Source: a virus
Strand: one strand, 5' to 3'
Virus record (IMG/VR): IMGVR_UViG_3300023202_000142
Location: 64,001-128,000 of that record
Length of the DNA stretch: 64,000 bases
Part shown: piece after piece, positions 1 through 8,275 of the stretch
How the letters are laid out: each line of letters begins with the position of its first letter
Position numbering within the stretch: the stretch's first letter is position 1
Notes under the pieces: generated by a model
What the model saw: the letters and a program-made list of their open reading frames with translations, nothing else
The model's database searches: none
Told to the model about the DNA's origin: nothing
Translations under genes and position numbers: made by a program

Positions 1-138
1 AAGCGTCGTACCGTGAAGAGTGCCTACAAGGGCCCATTTGAGGTCGACATCACCGAGCCCTGGAAACTGAAAGGGAAGATGAACGGTCTACTGGGCGCCG
101 CACTCGTCGACGATGAAGGAAAATCTCAACTACGATGA
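1..138 (+). CDS. 3' end of a hypothetical protein, truncated by the window edge
   Basis: Frame 1 is open from base 1 to TGA at 136-138, overlapping the next ATG (ATGA coupling). Confidence 0.5.
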   Translation, partial: KRRTVKSAYKGPFEVDITEPWKLKGKMNGLLGAALVDDEGKSQLR

Positions 139-707
139 CCATCGTTGAGCACGTCTCAGCCCTCCTCATGGAAGCGGCCAAGGGGGTCGACGATCTGGCT
201 GAGCTTGACCTCACCATCCAGGTCGAGCGCACCGGTGGCGAGGTCTGGGTACGCATCCTCAAGGATGGTGAGGTTCAGACGACCCGTGACCCGGTCTACG
301 GCTTCCTGGCAATGAAAGATGCGCCGTTCAGTGGCTACGAAGGTAGCTCTGGCGAGTGTCTGGGCGCTTATGTCGTAACGCTCACTTCAGCCACAAAGGG
401 CTGGGGGCCCCTGATCTACGATGTCGCAATGGAGTATGCGGCTTCGAAGCGAAAGGCCCTGGCACCTGATCGATGGAGCGTCAGTTCGGACGCCAAACGG
501 GTCTGGAAATACTTCTCCAGTCGACGCTCTGACGTCAAAACCATACAGCTCGACGACCTCAAGAACACGCTGACCCCGACCCCCAAGGACAACTGCCGGC
601 AAGACTCGGCGCGACGGTTCCCGCGGGATGTTGTCTCCCAGGCATTCTATCGATCTTCGACCCCGAAACTGAAGAAGCTCCGATCGATGGGACTGCTGGA
701 CACCTGA
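135..707 (+). CDS. Phage protein with GNAT-like motif (GWGPLIYDVAME...DRWSVSSDAKRVW)
   Basis: 190-aa ORF. GxG followed by a helix resembles an acetyl-CoA-binding motif A seen in large-phage proteins; fold assignment is inference. Confidence 0.5.
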   Translation: MTIVEHVSALLMEAAKGVDDLAELDLTIQVERTGGEVWVRILKDGEVQTTRDPVYGFLAMKDAPFSGYEGSSGECLGAYVVTLTSATKGWGPLIYDVAMEYAASKRKALAPDRWSVSSDAKRVWKYFSSRRSDVKTIQLDDLKNTLTPTPKDNCRQDSARRFPRDVVSQAFYRSSTPKLKKLRSMGLLDT

Positions 708-750
708 CCTTCCCTGGTGATATTCACGCATTTCACCACAGGAGGTCCCC

Positions 751-987
751 ATGGCCAAGAAGATTAAGCGTCGCCGCCCCCGAGGGTTTGCCTGCGCGTT
801 CTGTGAAAAGAAACGCGATCAGGTCGAGGTTCTTGTCGTCGGCAACAACGGCGTTCACATCTGTGACGAGTGCATCGTCGCGGGCATCCAGTTCTGCGTC
901 GGACGCGGCGTCGACGTTGTAAGCAGGGCCATGGATCAACTTCAACAGGCGATGGCTGAACTGGAGCGGGCCCAGGAGCAGGAATGA
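751..987 (+). CDS. Stand-alone ClpX C4-type zinc-finger protein
   Basis: CAFCEKKRDQVEVLVVGNNGVHICDECI matches the ClpX N-terminal ZBD pattern (CSFC...LI.G..V.ICDEC). RBS GGAGG upstream; no AAA+ domain. Confidence 0.85.
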   Translation: MAKKIKRRRPRGFACAFCEKKRDQVEVLVVGNNGVHICDECIVAGIQFCVGRGVDVVSRAMDQLQQAMAELERAQEQE

Positions 988-1061
988 ACACCTCGGTTGT
1001 CTGAGATTTTGATCGGGTCCATGATCCTGTCCACAACGACAACACCAACGAGGTTGCACAC

Positions 1062-1541
1062 ATGCTCATCCAACAAACCATCACGAATGCCAGCTCGACG
1101 GACGCGCTGGAGCTGCCGCCGGTCCTCGGTGGTGCCGAGATCGCCGCGTCGGGTTCGGAGTCCAACGTCATCGACACCGACAACGTCACCGAGGAGTACC
1201 TGGAAGCCCTCCAGGACCTCGTCGACGCCGGCGATGCCACCGTCACCTTCGCGCAGACCGCCTTCGAGGAGAATGACGTCCTCGGCGCCTTCAACAAGGC
1301 GATGTCACAGCAGGCGCTCCAGGAACGCGCCGGCACGCAGGCTTTCGCCGCCTCGACATCGGAGTCGGTCTCCCTCTCCCAGGACATGCCGGACACTGAC
1401 TACGTCGTGCTGACCGAGATGTCGGCCGACCCGTCCGATGCACAGGGGCCATGGATCACGAACAAGGCTGTCGACGGTTTCGATATCGAGTTCGATGCCG
1501 CCGTCACCATGGATGTGACCTGGGTCGTCAAGGCGATCTAA
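1062..1541 (+). CDS. Hypothetical acidic protein, possibly structural
   Basis: 159-aa ORF, RBS GAGG, coding-like codon usage, followed by a terminator. Confidence 0.7.
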   Translation: MLIQQTITNASSTDALELPPVLGGAEIAASGSESNVIDTDNVTEEYLEALQDLVDAGDATVTFAQTAFEENDVLGAFNKAMSQQALQERAGTQAFAASTSESVSLSQDMPDTDYVVLTEMSADPSDAQGPWITNKAVDGFDIEFDAAVTMDVTWVVKAI

Positions 1542-1560
1542 CCCTGACAGGGGGAACGCT

Positions 1561-1596
1561 GGGCCCGTCACGGTTGTGGCGGGCCCGTTCTTTTTG
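1561..1596 (+). terminator. Rho-independent terminator
   Basis: GGGCCCGTCAC-GGTT-GTGGCGGGCCC stem followed by GTTCTTTTT. Confidence 0.8.
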
Positions 1597-1677
1597 TAGG
1601 GTGAGTTTCACCGGCAAGCTGCGATCCGGGTCAACAGCGCAGCACTCCAAACGAAACCGAACATACAGGAGTGCACC

Positions 1678-2148
1678 ATGCGCAACCCAGTACGAGCCAA
1701 GTTCAGAATTCTCAAGAAAACCGTCGACTGGCGAGGCACCGCGATCTACGAATTCGCGCCCGTCCTCAAGGACTCGGACGACGAATCAGAGAACTCGCTG
1801 TTCTGGTCTGCATCCCCATCCGGCGAGATGCAGCTCACCTTCAAAGAGGACCCCAAGCACGACATCGGGGCTTACTACTACCTCGACTTCACCCCCGTCG
1901 AACTCAGCGGACCCCCCAAGGAAGATCCCAGGCAGATCTGGGGCGTCGACAAAGTGACGCGGCACTTCGGCGGCCAAACCGATGTCCGTATGAGCCCGCG
2001 TGGAGGACCGCTGCTGAGCTGGAGTTCGTATTTCCAGGTCCAGATCGATCACGAGAAAACCGAGGCTCACGATTCATTCGGGGACGGGTCTGAGCCGGAC
2101 AATCACTGGACGCTGGACATCACCTTCGCTGAACCCAGTGACGACTAG
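1678..2148 (+). CDS. Hypothetical protein
   Basis: 156-aa ORF with RBS AGGAG; converges on the 2145 gene. Confidence 0.7.
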   Translation: MRNPVRAKFRILKKTVDWRGTAIYEFAPVLKDSDDESENSLFWSASPSGEMQLTFKEDPKHDIGAYYYLDFTPVELSGPPKEDPRQIWGVDKVTRHFGGQTDVRMSPRGGPLLSWSSYFQVQIDHEKTEAHDSFGDGSEPDNHWTLDITFAEPSDD

Positions 2149-3458
2149 GCGGCCTCGGCGCAACCATCGTCTTGCTCCGCCTCTCGTTTCGCCTTGCGGC
2201 GCTCACGCGCCGCCTTGTTGCGGCAGGGGCGGCAGTAGGACTGGGGTTTCGTCCGGTTGTACCGCAGACCAAAGCGCTCATCGACGTTGGCGATTCCGGT
2301 CGCGGTCTCACCGCAGCAGGGGCACTCGGCCTCCATCGGGTCTTCGAGCATCTCCATCACTTCGATCCACGCGGCATCAAATCCGCGACCGGATTTCTCG
2401 GTGACTACTGCCGGGGCGGCGACGAGAAACTCTTCAACAGCCGGGTATCCTTCTCGTCGAGTCCTCAGTTTGACGACGTGGTCTTCAACCTCGCCTCGAC
2501 ATGCAAGTTCCTCGACAACCTCAGCCCGGGAGCCGTCGAAGATCTTCTCGATCTTCCTGCCGGTGTAACCGCGTCGCGTCGCGTCTTTCTTCGAGGGCTT
2601 AAAGACCCGTCGCATCCGATAGACGGCCCAGGGCCGGGCTTCGTCGGTCGACAGTTCTTTGAAGCGCCGCAGCGCCTCGATGTTGCCGGATCGCTCGACC
2701 AGTTCGCGCATCGAACGCGTTTTGAAGAGCTTCATCCGGGGATTGAATCGCAGCGCGATTTCCTCCATCTCCAGGGCCCGGGCAACCTCTTCGGGCTCTT
2801 CCTTCCATCGCGACTGAACTCCACAGTCTGGCCGAGCGAAGGGGCAGAACACGCAGGCCGACTTCCGCCACCGCACTCCGGTAACGCTCTCGATGTAGTC
2901 GACACAGGCAGCACGATCCCAGCCCCAGTCGATCAAGGGGTAGCTGGGCTCACGACCTGGCACGGTTCCGAAGGTCTGGTCCTTCTCGACACGTCGTTCC
3001 TCACCCTTAGCGAAGCCGATGACATGGGTGTAAGGCGCACCATCCAGGAAGCCCTCGATCCATTCATCGAGGACGTACCCCTTGAACTTCAGGCTGCACT
3101 TCCGGGTTCCGCCGGTGGTTGGAATTGTTGCGGCCTCAACCATTTCGTCAGACAGCTTGTAGGCGCCGTCGAGGTGAAGTTCGGTAGGCTCCGTGGAGTC
3201 GTCGAGAACAACGATGCCGTCCGACGTGAATCGGCCGCCCTTGGCGACCTGGACATAACGGATCCCGTGGGCGCGCATGCGCGGGAGTACGTGCTCGCGC
3301 ACGAGCGCGCCCGAGCTGGTGAATTCGTTTCCAGTCATCGACGTAATGACAACCAGTTCGTCGAGCGGACAGGGCCGGGTTTCGGGTTCCTCGATCCAGC
3401 GCAACAGGATGGCTGTGGAGTCGACACCCATGCCGTAGCTGAGTATCACTTGAGTCAT
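2145..3458 (-). CDS. PAPS-reductase-like PP-loop protein with C-terminal Cys4 zinc finger
   Basis: Start reassigned to MTQVILSYGMGVDS (RBS AAGGAGGTAGCG). PP-loop SYGMGVDS, CSLKFK, KSACVFCPF; C-terminal CPCC...YCRPC. Confidence 0.75.
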   Translation of the reverse strand: MTQVILSYGMGVDSTAILLRWIEEPETRPCPLDELVVITSMTGNEFTSSGALVREHVLPRMRAHGIRYVQVAKGGRFTSDGIVVLDDSTEPTELHLDGAYKLSDEMVEAATIPTTGGTRKCSLKFKGYVLDEWIEGFLDGAPYTHVIGFAKGEERRVEKDQTFGTVPGREPSYPLIDWGWDRAACVDYIESVTGVRWRKSACVFCPFARPDCGVQSRWKEEPEEVARALEMEEIALRFNPRMKLFKTRSMRELVERSGNIEALRRFKELSTDEARPWAVYRMRRVFKPSKKDATRRGYTGRKIEKIFDGSRAEVVEELACRGEVEDHVVKLRTRREGYPAVEEFLVAAPAVVTEKSGRGFDAAWIEVMEMLEDPMEAECPCCGETATGIANVDERFGLRYNRTKPQSYCRPCRNKAARERRKAKREAEQDDGCAEAA

Positions 3459-3491
3459 CGCTACCTCCTTTTGTGGGGTCAGTGAGATTGT

Positions 3492-3515
3492 GTGCACAGA
3501 GTGAACTTCAGTCAA
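3492..3515 (-). promoter_or_regulatory. Dyad operator A in a sigma70-like promoter
   Basis: GTGCAC-AGA-GTGAAC at 3492-3506; minus strand TTGACT-N17-CACAAT; lies between divergent genes. Confidence 0.7.
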
Positions 3516-3524
3516 GGAGCAAGC

Positions 3525-3773
3525 ATGTGGGTCCGAAGTGACGCTGAAGGGGTTTTCGAGCTGAGCGAAGTTGACGGGATCTGGATTGACCACGAGGGGT
3601 CTCTGCCGACTCTCTACATCACCAGGCGCAACAGTGGCCGCCCTGTCGCGATGATGAGCCACCGGGACCCAACGGCCCTCTCCGAGGTCAAGAAAGGACT
3701 GGAGAAGGCCCTGGGCGTCCATGAGGGCGCCCACGACATCGCGTCATTCAAGAGCTACGATTATCGCTATTGA
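3525..3773 (+). CDS. Hypothetical protein
   Basis: Start MWVRSDAEG with RBS AAGGAG; 82 aa. Confidence 0.6.
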   Translation: MWVRSDAEGVFELSEVDGIWIDHEGSLPTLYITRRNSGRPVAMMSHRDPTALSEVKKGLEKALGVHEGAHDIASFKSYDYRY

Positions 3774-4239
3774 GACAGTCTTCCGGGGTTACTTCGAGAT
3801 CCCGGAACAGCATGCGGAGAACAGCTTCCGCGGTCGAAGCCCGATTAGCGGCATCACTGATGATTTCCTCGCCCAACTCGGGATTGTCTGAGAAGTGATC
3901 TCGAACCTTCGCCTTGACCTCTTCGGTCATCACGTTGCCAGCCTTCTCGACCAACTCGCCGAGACGTTCTCGGCCGACATCTGCCCAGTTCATCGCGTTC
4001 TTCGAGCCCCTGCCGCTCAATGAGCCGTCCGCGTTAACGGTCAGCCAGCGTTTCGACTTCTGCCATTCTGAGAAGCCACGGCGACCGCAGGTTCGATACT
4101 TCGAGTTGGGGTAGATTCGCACGACATCGTCACCAGCCCAGACGTTCGCATCGAGCCAGCGCGAGTTGTTGCTCGCCCGGTTGAGTGCGACGAGAACTTC
4201 GCCGTGTCGCTTTCGCTCTGCAACGGTCATGTCGGTCAT
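3748..4239 (-). CDS. Hypothetical protein (cassette gene)
   Basis: Start MTDMTVAERK behind RBS CAGGAGGTAGCG. Confidence 0.7.
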   Translation of the reverse strand: MTDMTVAERKRHGEVLVALNRASNNSRWLDANVWAGDDVVRIYPNSKYRTCGRRGFSEWQKSKRWLTVNADGSLSGRGSKNAMNWADVGRERLGELVEKAGNVMTEEVKAKVRDHFSDNPELGEEIISDAANRASTAEAVLRMLFRDLEVTPEDCLNSDNRSS

Positions 4240-4240
4240 C

Positions 4241-4314
4241 GCTACCTCCTGTCGCGGGAGCGGGGTTGGCTCCCTGGTGCATCTTGATGATGTGCACGCA
4301 TTGCACGATGTCAA
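4241..4314 (-). promoter_or_regulatory. Cassette: promoter, operator B, leader hairpin and RBS
   Basis: TTGACA-N16-CATCAT; GTGCAC-GCA-TTGCAC at 4292-4306; hairpin GGGAGC/GCTCCC at 4256-4274 with CAACCCC loop on the mRNA strand. Confidence 0.75.
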
Positions 4315-4318
4315 CGGT

Positions 4319-4708
4319 CTATCTGTTTCGTGCTCGGTTGTTGATGTCTTCCCAGTTGAGACCGTTGAGCAACTCTCTTGCGACCTCACTATCCCTCAAG
4401 GTGTCGCCGAGGGCATCTGTGAGGGCCATCATGGCGTCCTTGCGGGATTCTTCGGTGTAGAGACCACCTGCCATTGCAATTCGGTTGAAGTCGCCTGAGA
4501 GGCGAATGAGGGTGCCCTCAAGGCCATCCGCGCCGACTGCCCTGGCGGCCTTGCTGGCCATGTCCAGCATGTTCCATGCGGACATGGCATCAGCGTTGAG
4601 ATCCGGTCCATCTGGGCCAGCCATTTTGAGGCGCCGCAGTAACCCTGAGCTACCGTATCCCCAGCGATTGAGGATCTCGTCGATTTCGGCTCTGAATGAT
4701 TTCGGCAT
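4319..4708 (-). CDS. Hypothetical protein
   Basis: 129-aa ORF, RBS TAGGAG. Confidence 0.65.
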   Translation of the reverse strand: MPKSFRAEIDEILNRWGYGSSGLLRRLKMAGPDGPDLNADAMSAWNMLDMASKAARAVGADGLEGTLIRLSGDFNRIAMAGGLYTEESRKDAMMALTDALGDTLRDSEVARELLNGLNWEDINNRARNR

Positions 4709-4716
4709 CAGGTCTC

Positions 4717-5046
4717 CTATCGGTCGTATCGAGCCAGTTCGTCAGCCAGCGCTGCCGTTGCCGTTTCGACGGCAACGTGAGCGTCATGCATTCGATCCTC
4801 GAACCCTTCAGCGAGCTTGACGCCTCGCTCGTAGAGATCGGTGTAGGCAGCGGCGTTCTTCACGGCCTCATGGAGGGCGCGACAGGCATCGAACAAGCCG
4901 GGGTTCTCTTCCAGGACCCAGCGGGCAAGAACCCAAACGTTTCGCCAGCCCCACTCCCAGTGGGGCATGGCGCTGAACGCCGCCTCCGAGACGTAGGCGA
5001 CCGCGTTGGTATCCGCAGCCACGGTCATGTTGGTCACTTCGGTCAT
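4717..5046 (-). CDS. Hypothetical protein (cassette gene)
   Basis: Start MTEVTNMTVAA behind RBS GAGGAGGTAGTC. Confidence 0.7.
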   Translation of the reverse strand: MTEVTNMTVAADTNAVAYVSEAAFSAMPHWEWGWRNVWVLARWVLEENPGLFDACRALHEAVKNAAAYTDLYERGVKLAEGFEDRMHDAHVAVETATAALADELARYDR

Positions 5047-5047
5047 G

Positions 5048-5125
5048 ACTACCTCCTCTGAAAACGGGGAGGCGGGGTACCCTCCCCGGGCAAGGACAAT
5101 GTGAACACAGTGCACACACCGTCAA
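5048..5125 (-). promoter_or_regulatory. Cassette: promoter, operator C, leader hairpin and RBS
   Basis: TTGACG -35 at 5120-5125; GTGAAC-ACA-GTGCAC at 5101-5115; 8-bp stem CGGGGAGG/CCTCCCCG at 5065-5088, loop GTACCCCG on the mRNA strand. Confidence 0.75.
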
Positions 5126-5571
5126 GGGACATGCTTCCAGGTTTTTCGTTTAACCAGGTGACTGATCGCCGTGTGGGTCACGCCATATTCCCTACCCAGG
5201 GCCCGGAACGACTCACCCTGGGCAGACCTCTTCCGAATTTCCAGGACATCGTCGGGCGTGAGTTTCGCTGTGTTAACCCTTACACCCTTTGCTGTTCGGC
5301 CCTTCCTGACCGCGTCAAGGCGATTCTCTTTCTGCGTTCCCAACTTCAGGTGAGACGGACGAACGCAAGATGGATTGTCGCAAGTATGCATGATGATCTT
5401 GCCGTCCGGGATGGGCCCGTTCTCCAATTCAAACGACACTCTATGAACGTACTCATTTTTGCCGTTACAGCCGATGTACCCGTAACCAGCAGCATTGCTG
5501 GCACCTTCAAACACCCAGCATTCACCAGATTCATTGACCTTCTCGTAGAGCCTCTCACGTACGTTTGGCAT
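5122..5571 (-). CDS. HNH homing endonuclease with C-terminal HTH
   Basis: CWVFEG...GYG...HRVSFEL...MHTCDNPSCVRPSHLKLGTQKEN is a classic phage HNH pattern. Confidence 0.9.
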   Translation of the reverse strand: MPNVRERLYEKVNESGECWVFEGASNAAGYGYIGCNGKNEYVHRVSFELENGPIPDGKIIMHTCDNPSCVRPSHLKLGTQKENRLDAVRKGRTAKGVRVNTAKLTPDDVLEIRKRSAQGESFRALGREYGVTHTAISHLVKRKTWKHVP

Positions 5572-5596
5572 AGCGCCTCCTCAGCGGGTTACATTG

Positions 5597-6595
5597 TTAC
5601 ATGTTCCACTCAGGAGTCATTTCGTCAAGGTCGACCTCTTCATCAGCTTTGACGGCTTCGAGAACCTCGGCCAACGAGAGGTTCTGTCGAAACGTGTGGT
5701 CGATGCGGTCTTCGACCGCGACGTACTCTTCGAGCAACTCCCGGTTGTGCTTCCCGGCGAGCACCAGGGCTTCCTTGGGGGCGAAGATGCAGAACGCGCA
5801 ACTCAGTCGCGGCATCCCCAGGTCGTAGGCCGGGTGGTGGGGAACGCCGGAGGCCCGAATCGTGGCCCAGACCTCGTGCTCCAGCCAGTGCTGAATCGGC
5901 AGCCAGGAGTCGACGTGCTGATTCGAGTTCGACTTCCGGTTCTCGAACTGGGTCTTCTTGGCGCGAGCCGGGGATTCCTCGGCTCGCAGACCCATGCAGT
6001 CCAGAATCCGGCAAGGACGACAGTCAGCCTTCTCGGGGTTCACCTTGCGCCACTCGCGGGCAAGCTGAGTGAAGACCTTGAGGATCGGACCGCGCTTGAA
6101 CTCCGAAGTGCACCAACGAGCGGCCGACGACGGCCAGGCCCCGCGACGCTCCGCGTAGTCCAGGATGTCTCCGTAGGTCTCACCCTTGGAGTAGGTCTTG
6201 CCGTTAACCTTGCAGATTCCACCGATCCTGGACGTCACGATGAAGGGGCACCCGTAAGCTTTGGCCTGTTCTTCGGCCAGCTCGCCGGTTCCCTCCCATT
6301 CGACTTTGCCGAGATCGGCATGAATGACGACGACGCGATCAGCGATGCCAGCATCTGACGCCAACCCGTGGACGTAGTCGAGCATGGCCTGGGAGTCCTT
6401 CCCGCCGGACGACGACACCGCGATGACATCGTACTCGGTGAGGTCGGGAACGACCCCGGCCTCGAACGACTCACCTGCGAAGCAGCGTTTGCAGTACGTG
6501 GAGGGCTTCTCGCCGCCGTACCGAAGCCCGAAGACCTCCCGGCATTCGTCCTTGGTCTCAGCGCGGACACCGCACTTGGGACACTCGTGGTTCAT
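5597..6595 (-). CDS. PAPS-reductase-family PP-loop protein with N-terminal Cys4 zinc finger
   Basis: SSSGGKDSQA PP-loop, HADLG, WCTSEFKRGPI, GLRAEESPAR, RLSCAFC; N-terminal CPKC...YCKRC. Confidence 0.85.
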   Translation of the reverse strand: MNHECPKCGVRAETKDECREVFGLRYGGEKPSTYCKRCFAGESFEAGVVPDLTEYDVIAVSSSGGKDSQAMLDYVHGLASDAGIADRVVVIHADLGKVEWEGTGELAEEQAKAYGCPFIVTSRIGGICKVNGKTYSKGETYGDILDYAERRGAWPSSAARWCTSEFKRGPILKVFTQLAREWRKVNPEKADCRPCRILDCMGLRAEESPARAKKTQFENRKSNSNQHVDSWLPIQHWLEHEVWATIRASGVPHHPAYDLGMPRLSCAFCIFAPKEALVLAGKHNRELLEEYVAVEDRIDHTFRQNLSLAEVLEAVKADEEVDLDEMTPEWNM

Positions 6596-6596
6596 T

Positions 6597-6676
6597 TGCT
6601 ACCTCCGTTGAGAGAGGGGCGGCGGGGTAACCGCCCCGGAACACTTTCAATTTGTGCACGGAGATCACTCTGACAA
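6597..6676 (-). promoter_or_regulatory. Cassette: promoter, operator D, leader hairpin and RBS
   Basis: TTGTCA -35; GTGCAC-GGA-GATCAC at 6654-6668; stem GGGGCGG/CCGCCCC at 6616-6637, loop TTACCCCG on the mRNA strand; RBS GGAGGTAGCAA. Confidence 0.75.
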
Positions 6677-6696
6677 GGGCTCAAACTCCCCCTGCC

Positions 6697-6722
6697 AAAG
6701 GGCCCCGGGCAACCCGGGGCCC
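6697..6722 (-). terminator. Probable terminator hairpin
   Basis: Perfect GGGCCCCGGG-CAA-CCCGGGGCCC just after the 6728 stop; only a short U tract. Confidence 0.5.
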
Positions 6723-6727
6723 ACTGT

Positions 6728-6919
6728 TCAGCCGTTGACCTCTTCGACCACGGCTTTCGCGAACTCGGTGGGGTGACAGTGTTTGTTGCAGAACCCCATC
6801 TTGTCGAACTTCGACATTTTCATTACGGGGATTTCGTTGGTCGCTACGAAGTGCTCAAGGTCTTTGAAGTCCTCGTCACTCATGGCGTTGGCGGTGCTTA
6901 CGATCTCTTCGACAGTCAT
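6728..6919 (-). CDS. Small hypothetical protein (cassette gene)
   Basis: 63 aa, RBS CAGGAGGTAGCC. Confidence 0.7.
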   Translation of the reverse strand: MTVEEIVSTANAMSDEDFKDLEHFVATNEIPVMKMSKFDKMGFCNKHCHPTEFAKAVVEEVNG

Positions 6920-6920
6920 G

Positions 6921-6999
6921 GCTACCTCCTGTTGGGATTCCGGGCGGTGGGGTTACCGACCCGGCACCCTGAGTATGTGCACAGATCTCACTCCGTCAA
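6921..6999 (-). promoter_or_regulatory. Cassette: promoter, operator E, leader hairpin and RBS
   Basis: TTGACG-N16-CATACT; GTGCAC-AGA-TCTCAC at 6977-6991; bulged stem at 6940-6964 with AACCCC loop on the mRNA strand. Confidence 0.75.
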
Positions 7000-7194
7000 G
7001 GCTTTTCGTAACACATCAATGTCGATGCCCGGCCACCCCGCAACATCGATTGCGCTTTCGACGTCATCAAGCGCGGCTTCGATGATCTCCCAGGCGACGT
7101 CATGGAGCCCGGCAAGCGGTTCGGGCTCCGGCAAGATTGGGCGGGGGATCAGTTTGTCGTACCGGCGAATGTCGAAAAAGTCAGGCTTTGGCAT
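6988..7194 (-). CDS. Hypothetical protein
   Basis: 68 aa, coupled to the groES stop (TAATG). Confidence 0.55.
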   Translation of the reverse strand: MPKPDFFDIRRYDKLIPRPILPEPEPLAGLHDVAWEIIEAALDDVESAIDVAGWPGIDIDVLRKALTE

Positions 7195-7505
7195 TACTCC
7201 ACCAGGGCTTCGATCTCATCGTAGCGGGCGATCACGTGATTGATCCCTTCGATCTCTACCTCGGAGCCGGCCTTCCAGCTCACGACGACTCGATCGCCGA
7301 TCTCAAGGTCGACAGGGTGCCCTTCCTTGCCGGGACCCCTGGCCACCACCACTGCCTCGACGCTGGGGTGTGGCCCCTTGGCCTGGAGTCGCGAGAAATC
7401 CCGCTCATGCTTCTCGTTGAACACGATGAGGCCACTTTCTAGCGTTGTGGTCTCTGCTTTTTCGTCGCGGCGCAAAACGACGCGGTCATACATTGGTTCG
7501 ATCAT
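7194..7505 (-). CDS. groES: Co-chaperonin GroES (Cpn10)
   Basis: MIEPMYDRVVLRR..ETTTLESGLIV...VVARGPG...LEIGDRVV...EVEIEG...EIEALVE matches GroES. Confidence 0.9.
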   Translation of the reverse strand: MIEPMYDRVVLRRDEKAETTTLESGLIVFNEKHERDFSRLQAKGPHPSVEAVVVARGPGKEGHPVDLEIGDRVVVSWKAGSEVEIEGINHVIARYDEIEALVE

Positions 7506-7903
7506 GCGTTCTCCGGGTCAACGAATCGGGTGATGTTGACGACGTAGCCGCCTTGGCTGGGGCGATAGCGTTGCGGGTCACCAACGTCGCGAGCGCGAAC
7601 CTTCCAGCCATCTCCAAGATCTTCCTCAGCCCTGGCGATGGCGGCTTCCTTTGATTCGGATGGCCCCAGGACAAGCAAGATCGTCTTGGTCTGCTGGATC
7701 TTGCCGATTTTGCCGATATCCCGCAGGATGACCTCGCAGTCTTTTCCCTTGCGGTCCAGGTAGTCTTCGGGGAAGTCTTCCATGTCGACCAAGACGTCGA
7801 GGACCGATAGGCCCGAGACCTCATCGACTACTGTCAGTTGGAGCTGGGGCACGCCTGAGCGATCCGCCTCATTCAGCTTGAGCTTACCCTTGAATGTTTC
7901 CAC
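7502..7903 (-). CDS. Hypothetical protein
   Basis: 133 aa, ATGA overlap with groES. Confidence 0.65.
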   Translation of the reverse strand: METFKGKLKLNEADRSGVPQLQLTVVDEVSGLSVLDVLVDMEDFPEDYLDRKGKDCEVILRDIGKIGKIQQTKTILLVLGPSESKEAAIARAEEDLGDGWKVRARDVGDPQRYRPSQGGYVVNITRFVDPENA

Positions 7904-7929
7904 ATCACTTCCGATCTGGTAGACGCCGT

Positions 7930-7958
7930 ACGTTACGTGCGTGCACTACAGGTGTCAA
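7930..7958 (-). promoter_or_regulatory. sigma70-like promoter with one GTGCAC half-site
   Basis: TTGACA-N17-TAACGT on the minus strand; GTGCAC at 7941-7946. Confidence 0.6.
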
Positions 7959-7966
7959 CAGGTACC

Positions 7967-8275
7967 ATGAACGACAAAGACCTTAGATCTCTCCTCGCCG
8001 ACGCCTCTGGCGACCTCTTCGACCTCAAGGCCGAACTCGGTGACGTTATCTACAAGCCCAACCGATGCGCTGTCTACAGGACACCGGGATCCTGGGTTGT
8101 GAAGCTAGTGCTCCGCGGCGCATCCAGACGAGATGAAGTAGACGTCCAGAAGACATTCACGGACGAGTTTCTGTCGGCGTGTATCGAGACGCACGGACCA
8201 GATCTCGCGTTCCAGCTCCTCAAGACGTCGATGCGGAAAATGTTCAGGTCGGAGATCGATCGGGTGATGGCGTAA
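7967..8275 (+). CDS. Hypothetical protein
   Basis: Start MNDKDLRS; 102 aa. Confidence 0.55.
   Translation: MNDKDLRSLLADASGDLFDLKAELGDVIYKPNRCAVYRTPGSWVVKLVLRGASRRDEVDVQKTFTDEFLSACIETHGPDLAFQLLKTSMRKMFRSEIDRVMA

Noticed and set aside
3459-3734. Upstream extensions of track ORFs (e.g. 3734, 4389, 5115, 14770, 16680, 51544 starts)
   Set aside because: They run through promoters, operators or neighbouring genes; downstream ATGs have clear RBSs.
2145-6595. Dnd phosphorothioation system or sulfate assimilation (cysH)
   Set aside because: No dndA/B/D/E or cys pathway genes nearby; only the PP-loop family assignment is supported.
7930-7958. Counting the 7941 GTGCAC as a full operator
   Set aside because: Only one half-site matches; kept as a promoter only.
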